Assembly: GCA_045636245.1 (NCBI GenBank)
Contig: JAZTXA010000094.1
Coordinates: 1-34,761, forward strand
Origin: Eubacteriales bacterium
GTDB lineage: Bacteria > Bacillota > Clostridia > Oscillospirales > CAG-272
Direction: 5' to 3'
Length of the DNA: 34,761 nucleotides
Below, piece by piece: positions 8,763 to 19,308 of the stretch (position 1 is its first letter; each line of letters starts with the position of its first letter). The notes under the pieces were generated by a model. That model saw nothing but the letters and a program-made list of their open reading frames with translations. It made no database searches and was not told the origin of the DNA. The translations under genes were made by a program, and so were the position numbers.

Positions 8763-8791
8763 ATTCTATCACACACCTTTTGAAATGTCAA
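8763..8791 (-). promoter_or_regulatory. sigmaA promoter of the ABC-F gene
   Basis: TTGACA (8791-8786), 17-bp spacer, TAGAAT (8768-8763) with an extended TG. Confidence 0.7.
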
Positions 8792-8914
8792 GGGATGCTG
8801 TGCCGTGTTTGAGCGCACATAAGTAAATAAATGTTAAAATTTATTTTTACCCTTGAAAAAAATTTTTCTCTGTGGTATTGTATAAACTGCAATATTTTTT
8901 GGGAGGATGTTTTT

Positions 8915-9730
8915 TTGGAGTTTATAACAAGCAAAAGCAACCCTAAAGCAGTACATGCATCAAAGCTTTTACAGAAAAAATACAGGGAAGAATACGGTGA
9001 ATATACTGTCTCGGGCAGAAAGCTCACAAAGGAAGCCGCACTGTGCGGAATTGATGCAAAAACAATTTTTGTCACAAAAAAATTTTTGGATAAAAATGAA
9101 GAATTTTGTAATGATATTTTTAAAAAAATTGGTCAATCTGCCGAAATTATTGCGACAGATGATGATATTTTGAAAAAAATAAGCGGTGAAGAATCGCCCG
9201 ACGGCATACTGTGCGTTTTTAAGTGTATTGACAAATCCGAAAAAATAGATAAAATATATAATAATACATTATGTGACGGTATAACGGGCGGAGTCATAAT
9301 TCTTGACAGCGTGCGCGATCCCGGAAACATGGGTACTGTAATACGTACGGCGTATGCCCTCGGTACAGGTCTTATCATCGCATCGCCCGACTGTGCGGAC
9401 ATCTATTCGCCAAAGGTACAAAGAGGCGCTATGGGCGCGGCGTTCTCGCAAAGCATTGTTACAATGAAAACAGCCGATGCCATACGTGATCTGCAAAGCA
9501 ACGGCTTTTCGGTTTACGCCACGGCGCTTCATAAAGAAAGCGTAGATATACGCGATGTGAAGATTACACCCAAAACGGCATTCGTCATCGGTAACGAAGG
9601 AAACGGACTGTCCGATGAAATCATAAACCTTTGTACAGGTTCGGTCATAATTCCTATACAGGAGCATTCAGAGTCGCTGAATGCCGCTGTCGCCGCATCG
9701 ATAATAATGTGGGAAATGGCGAAAAAATAA
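8915..9730 (+). CDS. TrmH/SpoU family RNA methyltransferase
   Basis: DSVRDPGNMGTVIRTA, IGNEGNG and ESLNAAVAA SPOUT motifs. Start reassigned to TTG 8915 after GGGAGG. Confidence 0.92.
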   Translation: MEFITSKSNPKAVHASKLLQKKYREEYGEYTVSGRKLTKEAALCGIDAKTIFVTKKFLDKNEEFCNDIFKKIGQSAEIIATDDDILKKISGEESPDGILCVFKCIDKSEKIDKIYNNTLCDGITGGVIILDSVRDPGNMGTVIRTAYALGTGLIIASPDCADIYSPKVQRGAMGAAFSQSIVTMKTADAIRDLQSNGFSVYATALHKESVDIRDVKITPKTAFVIGNEGNGLSDEIINLCTGSVIIPIQEHSESLNAAVAASIIMWEMAKK

Positions 9731-9758
9731 ACGCAAGCGGTGGATGAGGTGTCAATAA

Positions 9759-10112
9759 AATAAGCACAAATGGGTTTCACCGTCTTGGATGAATTGCCTT
9801 CGGCATGAATTGTTATTCGCACGGAGAATAACATTATAACCGTAGGGGCGTGCACCGCACGTCCGCACGAAATGAGCGTAAATGGGTTTCAAACGGGCGG
9901 ATTGCAGTTGGCTTTGCCAACTGCTTGAATCACGCCCCCATGGCATCATGTTGAATGAATAAAAATCATATTTCCGTTGGGAAATATGTGCGCGTTCGCC
10001 TGTGGCGGTTGACGTTGTCAACCGATGGGGGACAGGCGAGCGCACCGTCACCACGTTGAATCAGATGAGCACAAACGGGTTTAAAACGGCGGGAGTAAAC
10101 CCCCGCCCTACG
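9759..10112. repeat. REP/BIME-like mosaic cluster
   Basis: GTAG-tagged hairpins at 9842-9864 (+) and 10088-10111 (-), with a degenerate third at 9895-9940. Three copies of a linker like ATRAGCRYAAAYGGGTTTMA (about 9760, 9873, 10065). An ATATTTCC element at 9967-10044. Confidence 0.75.
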
Positions 10113-10162
10113 AATCACGCCTGAGTGAAACGAACGAAAATAATAAACAGAAAGGGACAGAA

Positions 10163-12382
10163 ATGTCAAAACTTGTTATTATAGAGTCTCCCGGTAAGGC
10201 GGGAACGATTAAAGGCTATCTCGGCTCGGGATATAAGGTCGTGGCATCGGTAGGCCACGTAAAGGACCTCCCCAAGAGTACGCTGGGAGTTGATATTGAA
10301 AACGGCTTCAAGGCGAAGTATGTCAATATAAGAGATAAAAGCGAGCTTATAAACAACCTTAAAAAGGAAGTAAAGCAGGCTGACGAAATATTCCTCGCAA
10401 CGGACCCTGACCGTGAGGGTGAGGCTATCGCATGGCACCTTGCAACAGCACTTGAATGTGACGAGGCGAAAACAAGCCGTGTGACGTACAATGAGCTGAC
10501 AAAGGAAGCCGTGTGCCGTGCCATTGAAAATCCGGGCAAGATAAATATGGATCTTGTCGATTCACAGCAGGCAAGACGTATTCTTGACAGGATCGTGGGC
10601 TACAAGCTCAGTCCGTTTTTGTGGAAGACTGTCAAAAGCGGTCTTTCCGCAGGACGTGTGCAGTCTGTTGCCACAAAGATAATCGTTGACAGAGAAAACG
10701 AGATAAGAGCCTTCGTTCCGAAGGAATATTGGACTATTGAAAGTGAACTTGAAACAGACAAAGGCGACGTTTTCAAGGCACGCTTTTTCGGTATAAACGG
10801 CGCAAAGACAGAGGTGACAAGTGCCGAGGAAGCACTCTCCGTGGTTGAAGGAAGCAAAAAAGAGGATTTTGTGGTATCATCCGTTAAAAAGACTCTGAAA
10901 TACAAGAATCCCCAGCCTCCGTTTATCACCTCGACCCTCCAGCAGGAGGCATCAAAAAAGCTCAACTTCCGTTCACAGAGGACGATGAAGGTAGCTCAGG
11001 AGCTTTACGAGGGTATCAACCTCGGCGCTGAGCTTGGCGGAACGCAGGGTATTATCACGTATATGAGAACTGACTCGCTCCGTATATCCGATACGGCGCT
11101 GGCATCGCTCCGTGACCATATAGACCGTGAATACGGAAAGAAATATCTTCCCTCAAAGGCAAGAATATTCAAGGCAAAGGCGGGCGCACAGGATGCACAC
11201 GAAGCCATCCGTCCGTCGTCGCTCGAATTTCCCCCGAAGCTTATAAAAGACAAACTCTCGGCTGATCAGTACCGCCTTTACAAGCTCATCTGGGACAGAT
11301 TTGTCGCAAGCCAGATGTCACCTGCGGAGCTTGATACGGTAAGCCTTGATATAAATGCGGGTATATACACGTACCGTGCAAGCGGATATACCGTCAAATT
11401 CAAGGGCTATATGGCTGTGTATGAGGAAACAGAGGACAGCGTTGACGAGGAAAGAGGCATAAAGCTTCCCGAAGTAAATGAGGGCGACAGCATGAAGCTT
11501 CTTGACCTTGTCAAAAAACAGCATTTTACAGAACCTCCGGCAAGATTTACCGAAGCTTCTCTTATCAAACAGCTTGAAGAAATGGGAATCGGACGTCCCA
11601 GTACGTTCACACCCATCATCACAACTATCGTTGCAAGAAATTATGTCAAGCGCTCGGGCAAGTCGCTTGCGCCGACATCGCTCGGTGAAGTGACAACACA
11701 GCTTATGACTGACTTTTTCTCCGATATAGTTGACTATAAATTTACGGCAAATATGGAAAACTCCCTTGACAATATATCCCACGGCACGGAAAGCATGCAG
11801 GATGTTTTAGGCAATTTCTGGCGTGATTTCAGTGTAACATTGGAAAAGGCAGAGGAAACTGTTAAGGGTAAAAAATACAAATACGCGGATGAAGAAACGG
11901 ATATAATCTGCGAAAAATGCGGCGCGACAATGGTTATAAAGTCGGGAAGATACGGCGACTTTGCCGCATGTCCCAATTATCCGTCGTGTAAAAATACAAA
12001 GAAGATAGACAAAAACGGCAACGTTGTACCCGAAAAGGAAAAAACGCCCGTTGTCAAAACCGATATGAAGTGCGAAAAGTGCGGCGGTATGATGGTGATA
12101 AGAAGCGGTCCTTACGGCGAATTTTACGCATGCGAGAACTTCCCCGCATGTAAAAACACGCTCCAGAAGACCGAACCCACAGGTGCCGCCTGTCCCAAGT
12201 GCGGCGGCAGTGTTGTAAAGAAAAAGCACGGACGCCGTGAATATTTCGCATGTTCAAATGCACCGAAATGCGATTTTACAACATCGCACGCACCGTCAAG
12301 CGAAAAATGTCCCAAATGCGGCTTGTCGATGTTCACGAAAAAATCGGGCGAAAACGTATGCCTGAACGAAAAATGCCAATGA
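10163..12382 (+). CDS. topA: DNA topoisomerase I
   Basis: [50 protein letters not shown] and four C-terminal Zn ribbons. Confidence 0.98.
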   Translation: MSKLVIIESPGKAGTIKGYLGSGYKVVASVGHVKDLPKSTLGVDIENGFKAKYVNIRDKSELINNLKKEVKQADEIFLATDPDREGEAIAWHLATALECDEAKTSRVTYNELTKEAVCRAIENPGKINMDLVDSQQARRILDRIVGYKLSPFLWKTVKSGLSAGRVQSVATKIIVDRENEIRAFVPKEYWTIESELETDKGDVFKARFFGINGAKTEVTSAEEALSVVEGSKKEDFVVSSVKKTLKYKNPQPPFITSTLQQEASKKLNFRSQRTMKVAQELYEGINLGAELGGTQGIITYMRTDSLRISDTALASLRDHIDREYGKKYLPSKARIFKAKAGAQDAHEAIRPSSLEFPPKLIKDKLSADQYRLYKLIWDRFVASQMSPAELDTVSLDINAGIYTYRASGYTVKFKGYMAVYEETEDSVDEERGIKLPEVNEGDSMKLLDLVKKQHFTEPPARFTEASLIKQLEEMGIGRPSTFTPIITTIVARNYVKRSGKSLAPTSLGEVTTQLMTDFFSDIVDYKFTANMENSLDNISHGTESMQDVLGNFWRDFSVTLEKAEETVKGKKYKYADEETDIICEKCGATMVIKSGRYGDFAACPNYPSCKNTKKIDKNGNVVPEKEKTPVVKTDMKCEKCGGMMVIRSGPYGEFYACENFPACKNTLQKTEPTGAACPKCGGSVVKKKHGRREYFACSNAPKCDFTTSHAPSSEKCPKCGLSMFTKKSGENVCLNEKCQ

Positions 12383-13695
12383 ACCGTTCATATGTAAACG
12401 TGATCGGCGCAGGTCTTGCGGGATGCGAGGCGGCATATCAGATTGCAAAGCGCGGTGTCAAGGTAAGGCTTTACGAAATGAAGCCCGAAAAAAAGTCACC
12501 TGCGCATAAAAGTAATATGTTCGCGGAGCTTGTTTGCTCAAACTCCCTGCGCTCGCTTCAGATATTCAACGCCGTCGGACTTCTTAAAGAAGAAATGCGC
12601 CGTCTTGACTCGCTTATAATGCGTGCGGCGGATGAAACAGCCGTGCCCGCAGGCGCATCACTTGCCGTTGACAGAGATAAATTTTCCGCATATATAACAA
12701 ACGAAATAAAAAATAACGAAAATATTGAAGTCATATCAGGTGAGGTCACGGAAATTCCAAAGGATGAAATAACCGTTATTGCGACGGGACCACTGACCTC
12801 CGATGCTTTGAGCGAAAAAATAAAAGCGCTTGCAGGTGAAGGACTTCACTTCTTCGATGCCGCCGCCCCTATCGTGTCGGCAGATAGCATTGACCGTGAC
12901 ATCACCTTTGAGCAGTCGCGCTACGACAAGGGTGAGGCGGCATATATAAACTGCCCGATGACGAAGGAAGAGTACGAAGTGTTTTATAACGCTTTGATAA
13001 CTGCGGACACAGCTGAGCTTCACGGCTTTGAAAAAGAACCGAATGTTTTTGAGGGCTGTATGCCTGCCGAGGTTATGGCAAAGCGCGGGTTTGAAACGCT
13101 TTTGTTCGGCCCGATGAAGCCCGTCGGACTTACAGACCCGAAAACGGGCAAAGAACCGTATGCCGCAGTTCAGCTAAGGGCTGAAAACCTTGAAAAAACG
13201 ATGTACAATATCGTCGGTTTTCAGACGCATCTGACGTTTGGTGAGCAAAAAAGGGTGTTTTCAATGATACCCGGCTTGCAGAATGCCGAATTCTTACGCT
13301 ACGGCGTGATGCACAGAAACACATATATCAATTCCCCCGGCTTTCTTGATGAAACATATATGGTTAAAAACACCCCCGGACTGTTCTTTGCAGGACAGAT
13401 AACGGGTGTTGAAGGGTATGTGGAGTCATCCGCCTCGGGTCTTCTTTGCGGAATAAATGCCGCAAGATTTGCAAAAGAGTCGGAACCGTTTGTTTTCTCC
13501 GATGTGTCTGTCATAGGCTCCATGGCGAAGTACGTGTCAAGCTATAACGGCGCTGATTTCCAACCTATGAATGCCAATTTCGGCATCATCGCCCCGCCTG
13601 ACAGAAAAGTAAAGGGCGGCAAACGCGGCAGATACGATTATTACGCCGTGCGTGCGCTTGAATATATTGATTCTTTAAAGGATTTAATTCCTTAA
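12379..13695 (+). CDS. trmFO: FAD/folate-dependent tRNA (uracil-54-C5) methyltransferase
   Basis: [46 protein letters not shown] 12379 forms an ATGA overlap with the topA stop. Confidence 0.97.
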   Translation: MNRSYVNVIGAGLAGCEAAYQIAKRGVKVRLYEMKPEKKSPAHKSNMFAELVCSNSLRSLQIFNAVGLLKEEMRRLDSLIMRAADETAVPAGASLAVDRDKFSAYITNEIKNNENIEVISGEVTEIPKDEITVIATGPLTSDALSEKIKALAGEGLHFFDAAAPIVSADSIDRDITFEQSRYDKGEAAYINCPMTKEEYEVFYNALITADTAELHGFEKEPNVFEGCMPAEVMAKRGFETLLFGPMKPVGLTDPKTGKEPYAAVQLRAENLEKTMYNIVGFQTHLTFGEQKRVFSMIPGLQNAEFLRYGVMHRNTYINSPGFLDETYMVKNTPGLFFAGQITGVEGYVESSASGLLCGINAARFAKESEPFVFSDVSVIGSMAKYVSSYNGADFQPMNANFGIIAPPDRKVKGGKRGRYDYYAVRALEYIDSLKDLIP

Positions 13696-13698
13696 ACC

Positions 13699-13793
13699 GT
13701 GATCGCCGAAGGCGATTACTTCACAGTGCGTAAGCACTGCTTCACACAGCGCAGCTGTGCTTCATATCACGAGCGTGCGAGTGCTGCTTCATT
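13699..13793. repeat. Array of four mini-hairpins each followed by CTTCA
   Basis: GATCGCC-GAA-GGCGATT, CAGTGC-GTAA-GCACTG, CACAGC-GCA-GCTGTG and an imperfect fourth. CTTCA at 13719, 13740, 13760 and 13787. Confidence 0.8.
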
Positions 13794-13811
13794 AAACAAA
13801 CCAAACTCGAA

Positions 13812-13900
13812 TTGAATGAAAAAACATATTTCCGCAGGAAATATGCGCGCTAACACCCGAGGCAATTTGCTTCGCAAATTGTGGGGGGCGGGCAGGCGCA
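13812..13900 (+). repeat. ATATTTCC-GNA-GGAAATAT dispersed element (copy 2)
   Basis: TTGAATGAAAAAA-CATATTTCC-GCA-GGAAATATG-CGCGC matches 9951-9993; inner hairpin CAATTTGC-TTC-GCAAATTG. Confidence 0.8.
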
Positions 13901-13932
13901 CACCCGAATTAAATGAATAACAAACAAAAGGT

Positions 13933-14637
13933 ATGTACAACGAAAATTTAAACGATCTTTATAAAACGTGTGGGTACACGTTTCAAAAAACCGAATATCT
14001 TTCGCTTGCGCTCACACACTCCTCATTTGCCAACGAAAACAAAAAGTCGAAGACGGAATGCAACGAAAGACTTGAATTTTTCGGTGACTCCATACTCAGT
14101 ATTCTTGTGAGCGAATATATGTTTTTCAAATATCCCGATCTTCCCGAAGGGGAGCTTACGCGCACACGTGCATCGGTGGTATGTGAGGAAACGCTGTTTT
14201 CGCTTGCCGAGAAGATCGACCTTTGCTCTCACATAAAGCTTGGCAAAGGTGAGGAACAAAACGGCGGACGTCACAGAAAGTCTATCCTTGCCGATGCATT
14301 TGAGGCATTTCTTGCCGCCGTATACATCGACGGCGGACGCGGTGCGGCAGAAAAGTTTTTATATCCGCTTATAATTCCCGAAATTGAAAAGCATATAGAG
14401 CCCGGAAGCAACATCGACTACAAAACGGTGTTACAGCAGTTTGTGCAGGGATCGCCCAACGCGGTGCTTGAATACATAGTTACAGGTGAAGAAGGTCCGC
14501 ACCACGACAAGGTGTTTCACGTCGATGCAATACTTGACGGCACGGTCGTCGGAAAAGGCTCTGGCAAGTCGAAAAGACGTGCGGAGCAAGAAGCGGCGAG
14601 GGGCGCACTTCTTTTGTTCAGCGTTATAAAAGAATGA
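13933..14637 (+). CDS. rnc: Ribonuclease III
   Basis: ALTHSS, NERLEFFGDSIL, ADAFEAF and a C-terminal dsRBD (DYKTVLQ...GKSKRRAEQEAA). Confidence 0.97.
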   Translation: MYNENLNDLYKTCGYTFQKTEYLSLALTHSSFANENKKSKTECNERLEFFGDSILSILVSEYMFFKYPDLPEGELTRTRASVVCEETLFSLAEKIDLCSHIKLGKGEEQNGGRHRKSILADAFEAFLAAVYIDGGRGAAEKFLYPLIIPEIEKHIEPGSNIDYKTVLQQFVQGSPNAVLEYIVTGEEGPHHDKVFHVDAILDGTVVGKGSGKSKRRAEQEAARGALLLFSVIKE

Positions 14638-15662
14638 AGCATGTAAATATCCCCATTTTTATCCCGCACCTCGGATGCCCGAATGACTGTGTATTCTGCA
14701 ATCAAAGAAAAATTACGAAAACTGCCGAATTTGATCCCGACACCGTAATACCGCAGATAGAAGCGGTGTTGAAAACAACAGACGGGTGTGAGCGAGAGAT
14801 CGCATTTTTCGGCGGCTCGTTTACGGGAATTGACAGGGCGCTTATGATAAAGCTCCTTGAAATAGGACACAGCTATATAAAAAACGGTGATGTGACAGCG
14901 CTGCGCTGTTCCACCCGCCCCGACTATATAAATACCGAAATCCTTGACATACTGAAATTTTACGGTGTAAAAACCGTTGAGCTCGGCATACAAAGCACAG
15001 ACGATGATGTGCTTAAAGCGTGCAAACGAGGGCATACAAAAGAGCAGTCAATAAATGCGATGAAATCCGTCAAAGCGCACGGATTTGATCTTATCGGGCA
15101 GATGATGACGTCTTTGCCGTCGTCTTGTATTGAAAGTGAAATTAAAACTGCACAGGATATTTGCCTGTGTCACGCCGACGGTGCAAGAATTTACCCGACT
15201 GTGGTGTTTTGTGACACCGCCCTTGCCGAAATGACAAAGCTCGGACTTTATACGCCGAGTACAAGGGAAGAAACGGTACTTCGTGCAAAAGAAGTTAAAA
15301 AGGTGTTTATTTCCCGCGGAGTACCCGTAATACGGCTCGGACTGCAGGCACAGGACAATTTGGGTGCTGACGGCGATATTTTCGCAGGAGAGTACGACCC
15401 GTCGGCAGGGCTTGCGACAGACTCCGCGATTTATCTTGAAAAAACAGAAAAACTGCTTGGTGAACAGATAGTAACACTCAAAAACGCTTTTGTAACATTA
15501 TATGTTGCAAAAGGGCATACATCATCGGCAGTAGGTATAAATAAATCAAACAAAGAAGCATTAATTAAAAAGTACGGCATATACAGAATAAAGGTTATCG
15601 AGGAGGAAAATTTGACTCCTTACGAAATAAAAATAAAAGTCGTTCCCGACACAAGGAGGTGA
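14634..15662 (+). CDS. Elp3-like radical SAM protein lacking an acetyltransferase domain
   Basis: IPHLGCPNDCVFCNQ (CxxxCxxC), FFGGSFT, STRPD, VELGIQS, RIYPT; overlaps rnc by 4 bp. Confidence 0.88.
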   Translation: MKHVNIPIFIPHLGCPNDCVFCNQRKITKTAEFDPDTVIPQIEAVLKTTDGCEREIAFFGGSFTGIDRALMIKLLEIGHSYIKNGDVTALRCSTRPDYINTEILDILKFYGVKTVELGIQSTDDDVLKACKRGHTKEQSINAMKSVKAHGFDLIGQMMTSLPSSCIESEIKTAQDICLCHADGARIYPTVVFCDTALAEMTKLGLYTPSTREETVLRAKEVKKVFISRGVPVIRLGLQAQDNLGADGDIFAGEYDPSAGLATDSAIYLEKTEKLLGEQIVTLKNAFVTLYVAKGHTSSAVGINKSNKEALIKKYGIYRIKVIEEENLTPYEIKIKVVPDTRR

Positions 15663-15666
15663 CTGT

Positions 15667-18600
15667 GTGTATTTAAAATCAATAGAGCTTCAGGGATTTA
15701 AATCATTCCCCGACAAAACAACTCTTTCGTTCAATGAGGGCATAACAGTCATCATCGGCCCTAACGGAAGCGGTAAATCGAATATCGCAGATGCGATGCG
15801 CTGGGTGCTCGGCGAGGTATCGTCCCGAAATATCAGAGGAACAAAGATGGAGGATGTTATCTTCGGCGGATGCGAAAGCAGAAAACCGGGCAGCTTTGCG
15901 CAGGTAACACTGTGCCTTGACAATTCATCCCCCGTCGGACGTCTTAATATCGATTATGACACCGTCACCGTCACAAGAAGATATTTCAAAGGCGGTACAA
16001 GCGATTATCTTATAAACGGCAAGGCGTGCCGTCTAAAAGACATACACAAGCTTTTTATGAACACGGGTATAGGACGTGAGGGATATTCCGTCATCGGTCA
16101 GGGTAAAATTGCCGAGATCGTGTCGAGAAAAAGCGAGGAAAGAAGAAGCGTATTTGAGGAAGCCGCAGGTATTTCAAAATACAAATTCTCAAAGAATGAA
16201 AGCGCCAAAAAGCTTGCACAAACAGAGGACAACCTCTCCCGTGTGCTTGATATTTTGGGTGAGCTTGAAGGGCGTGTCGGCCCGCTTGAAAAGGAAGCGG
16301 AAAAGGCAAAAAAATACCTTGTGCTTCATGAGGAGAAAAAATCGCTTGATATTGCAATATGGCTTTACGATATGACACTTCTTGCCGAGGAGATAAAAAA
16401 AATCCGAGGCACGTATGAGCTTTATAAAACAGAGCTGGAGCTGACAGAAGGCGAGCTTTCCATCCTTGAGGAAAAAACGGAGGGCTTAATGGCTGAAAGC
16501 ATTGAGCTCAAGCGGGCACAGGAAGCTGAAAACAAGCTCCTTTCCGATAAAACCGAGGAAAAATTCAGAAAAAGCAACGCAAAGAGCATGGCGCTTAAGG
16601 AAATCGAGCATTTGAAAAATGACATCTTAAGCACCGAGGAAGCAATAAAAACAACGACTGAGGAATTTAATGAGCTTTCCGAAAAGATAAAGGAAAAGCT
16701 TTCGCTGTCAAATTCCCTTGCAAAGACGTCCGAAGAGCTTAAAGCACAGCATGCAGAGGTTTTGAAAGCCCATACTGAAATAACCGAAAGCCTTGAAAAA
16801 ATGAGCATGCTTGCAGATGATATTGCAGAGGAATCCGAAAAGCTAAAGGAAAAAATTACGGATATCCGCATAAAGCTTTCCGTTGCCGATACGGGCGACG
16901 GGGAGGATTCCGTAAAAGACACGGCGCTTGACGAGGAAATTGCCGAGCGTTTGGTAAATTTAAAGCTCATAGAAGACCGTGCAAGAAAAGCCGAGGAGGT
17001 TATTGCAGGGTACGAGGAAAAGCTTTCAAAAACAGCGGATTCTGCAAGAAAAGCAAGAGAAGAAGCGGAGAAAGCGGGAAAAGAGGCTTCAGCACTCCGC
17101 GAGCAGATAAATGAGGTATATATCGACATTTCCTCCAAAAATCACAGGATAGAAAACCTTAAAAGAATGGAGGAGCTTCTTGAAGGCTACTCCCACAGTG
17201 TAAGATTTGTTGTGGAGGAATACAAAAAGGGCAATATAAAGACACGTGACGGAAGTGCTTGCGGTGAAATTTACGGCCCTGTTTCACGTCTTATAAAGGT
17301 CGATGCCGCGTATACAACGGCAATCGAAACCGCACTCGGTGCGGCGATGCAGAATATCGTCTGCAAGGACGATAATTCGGCAAAGGATGCAATAAGACAC
17401 TTGCAAAAAAACGGTGCGGGACGTGCCACGTTCTACCCTATATCAACTGTAAAGCCGATGTATCTTTCGTATAACGAAAATGAGCTTTCCGGAAATGACG
17501 GATATGTAGGTGTTGCATCGTCACTTGTAATGTGTGATGAAAAATTCCGCGGCATTATCGGAAATCTGCTTGGCAGAACGGTAGTTTTTGTAAATATGGA
17601 TAAGGCATCCGTATTTGCAAAAAAATATGACCATAAGATAAGAATAGTCACCCTTGACGGTCAGCTTATAAATGCGGGCGGTTCATACACGGGCGGTTCG
17701 GCAAGAAACGACAGCGGAATGCTGTCCCGAAAGGCGCAGATAGACACGCTTTCAAAGCGGATAAATGCGGGCAAAGCGAAGATGGACACCTTGAAAAAAC
17801 AGCTTGATGAAGTTACCGAGAGGATAAAAGAGCTTGAAAACGGTGCCTCTGATACCGACGGACATGTGTCTATCATCACATCGCTTTTAAATGCCGAAAA
17901 TACACAGCTTCAGGTGCTTAAAACACAGATAGGCCGTGACTCTGACCGTCTTGAAGAATTAAAGGCAGAAAAGAATGACATCGGCAAGAGGGCAGAACGC
18001 AGAAGACTTGAAAAGGAAGCCCTTGAAAATGAGCTTGCAAATCTTCATAAACAGCTTGAACAGCTTGCAGTATCCCTTGAAAAGACGGAAAAAGACATAG
18101 CAGAGGGCAACAGTAAGCAGGAAGAGTTGCGTGCAAGCCTTGCGTCGTTTGACATAAAGCTTGCCGAAAATGCAAAGGAAAAGGAAGCAGTCGACACAGC
18201 AGGGGCAGAGCTTACAGAAAGATGTAACGATGTCAAGGCAAGAAAAGAAACAGCGGAAGAAAAGCTTTTAACATTCAAAAATAAATTCGAGGAAAATATA
18301 AAGACTGCCGAGGATTCTTCAAGCACGGCAGATGCGCTTGAAGAGGAAATAACAGCGATAAAAGCACGTATCGAGTCGCTTTCCTTAAGATCGCTTTCTC
18401 TTGAAGGTGCGCTTAATTCTTCACGTGCCGCCGAAAAGGAAAAGGCACACAAGAAGGAGCTTATGTTCCGTGAGTTTACTTCAGCCGAAACAAAGCTCGG
18501 CAATGCCGAGGAAAAGCGTGAAAAGCTTACACAGTCGCTTAAAGAGGAATACGACCTTACGTATTCCGAGGCAAAGGAAAAAACAAGCGATATAACCGTG

Positions 18601-19287
18601 ACACCCGCTACACGCGGTGAGCATGTGAAACGTCAGACAGAGCTTAAAAATAAGCTCCGCGCCCTCGGACACGTCAATGTCAATGCGGCGGAGGAATATA
18701 AAGAGGTCAAGGAAAGATACGATTTCATGACAGCCCAGACGGAGGACCTGAAGGCGGCAAAGACAGAGCTTGAAGAAATAATCTACAAGCTTGATGAGGA
18801 AATGAAGTCGAGCTTCTCAGAGGCAATAGAAGAAATAAATGTTTGCTTCAGCAGGGTATTTTCACACCTGTTCGGCGGCGGACATGCAGAAATAAAGATT
18901 GCAGAGCCCGATAACATTTTAGAGTCAGGTATCGACATAAACGTAGCGCCCCCCGGAAAGATAGTAAAGAGCCTTTCGCTTTTGTCCGGCGGTGAGCAGT
19001 CGTTTGTTGCAATTGCGCTTTATTTCGCACTTCTTGAAGTAAACCCCACGCCGTTTATCTTGCTTGACGAGATAGAAGCGGCGCTTGACGAGGTGAACGT
19101 TGACCGTTTTGCCGACTACCTTACGGACAACAAAGCAAAAACACAGTTTATACTTATCTCCCACAGACGAGGCACGATGGAAGCGGCAGACCGTCTTTAC
19201 GGTGTAACGATGCCCACAAAGGGTATATCAAAGATTCTTTCAGTTGACATAAATGAAATTGAACAGAAGATAGGTAAGCTTGACTGA
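15667..19287 (+). CDS. smc: Chromosome segregation protein SMC
   Basis: GFKSF, GPNGSGKSN, long coiled coils, hinge (GRATFYP, GGSYTGG), LSGGE and LDEIEAALD; GTG start after AGGAGG. Confidence 0.98.
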   Translation: MYLKSIELQGFKSFPDKTTLSFNEGITVIIGPNGSGKSNIADAMRWVLGEVSSRNIRGTKMEDVIFGGCESRKPGSFAQVTLCLDNSSPVGRLNIDYDTVTVTRRYFKGGTSDYLINGKACRLKDIHKLFMNTGIGREGYSVIGQGKIAEIVSRKSEERRSVFEEAAGISKYKFSKNESAKKLAQTEDNLSRVLDILGELEGRVGPLEKEAEKAKKYLVLHEEKKSLDIAIWLYDMTLLAEEIKKIRGTYELYKTELELTEGELSILEEKTEGLMAESIELKRAQEAENKLLSDKTEEKFRKSNAKSMALKEIEHLKNDILSTEEAIKTTTEEFNELSEKIKEKLSLSNSLAKTSEELKAQHAEVLKAHTEITESLEKMSMLADDIAEESEKLKEKITDIRIKLSVADTGDGEDSVKDTALDEEIAERLVNLKLIEDRARKAEEVIAGYEEKLSKTADSARKAREEAEKAGKEASALREQINEVYIDISSKNHRIENLKRMEELLEGYSHSVRFVVEEYKKGNIKTRDGSACGEIYGPVSRLIKVDAAYTTAIETALGAAMQNIVCKDDNSAKDAIRHLQKNGAGRATFYPISTVKPMYLSYNENELSGNDGYVGVASSLVMCDEKFRGIIGNLLGRTVVFVNMDKASVFAKKYDHKIRIVTLDGQLINAGGSYTGGSARNDSGMLSRKAQIDTLSKRINAGKAKMDTLKKQLDEVTERIKELENGASDTDGHVSIITSLLNAENTQLQVLKTQIGRDSDRLEELKAEKNDIGKRAERRRLEKEALENELANLHKQLEQLAVSLEKTEKDIAEGNSKQEELRASLASFDIKLAENAKEKEAVDTAGAELTERCNDVKARKETAEEKLLTFKNKFEENIKTAEDSSSTADALEEEITAIKARIESLSLRSLSLEGALNSSRAAEKEKAHKKELMFREFTSAETKLGNAEEKREKLTQSLKEEYDLTYSEAKEKTSDITVTPATRGEHVKRQTELKNKLRALGHVNVNAAEEYKEVKERYDFMTAQTEDLKAAKTELEEIIYKLDEEMKSSFSEAIEEINVCFSRVFSHLFGGGHAEIKIAEPDNILESGIDINVAPPGKIVKSLSLLSGGEQSFVAIALYFALLEVNPTPFILLDEIEAALDEVNVDRFADYLTDNKAKTQFILISHRRGTMEAADRLYGVTMPTKGISKILSVDINEIEQKIGKLD

Positions 19288-19308
19288 TAAAGAAAGGAAC
19301 ATATTAAA

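Noticed and set aside
9529-10169. Minus-strand ORFs 9529-9855, 9752-10054 and 9966-10169
   Set aside because: They run through GC-rich hairpin repeats or antisense to real genes, with no RBS or protein-like features.
12250-12378. ORF-track N-terminal extensions of trmFO (also trmH-like 8831, murA 25823, GT2 32547)
   Set aside because: Downstream starts fit the RBS or stop-start overlap and family N-termini better.
11900-12382. Repeated TGCGAAAARTGCGGC-type sequences as a DNA repeat element
   Set aside because: They encode the normal TopA zinc-ribbon repeats.
13699-13793. CRISPR array
   Set aside because: The constant part is only 5 nt, the period is 20-27 nt and no cas genes are present; reported as a hairpin micro-array instead.
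16422-18503. Long Ser-rich antisense ORFs within smc
   Set aside because: Expected shadows of Glu/Lys/Ala-rich coiled-coil codons.
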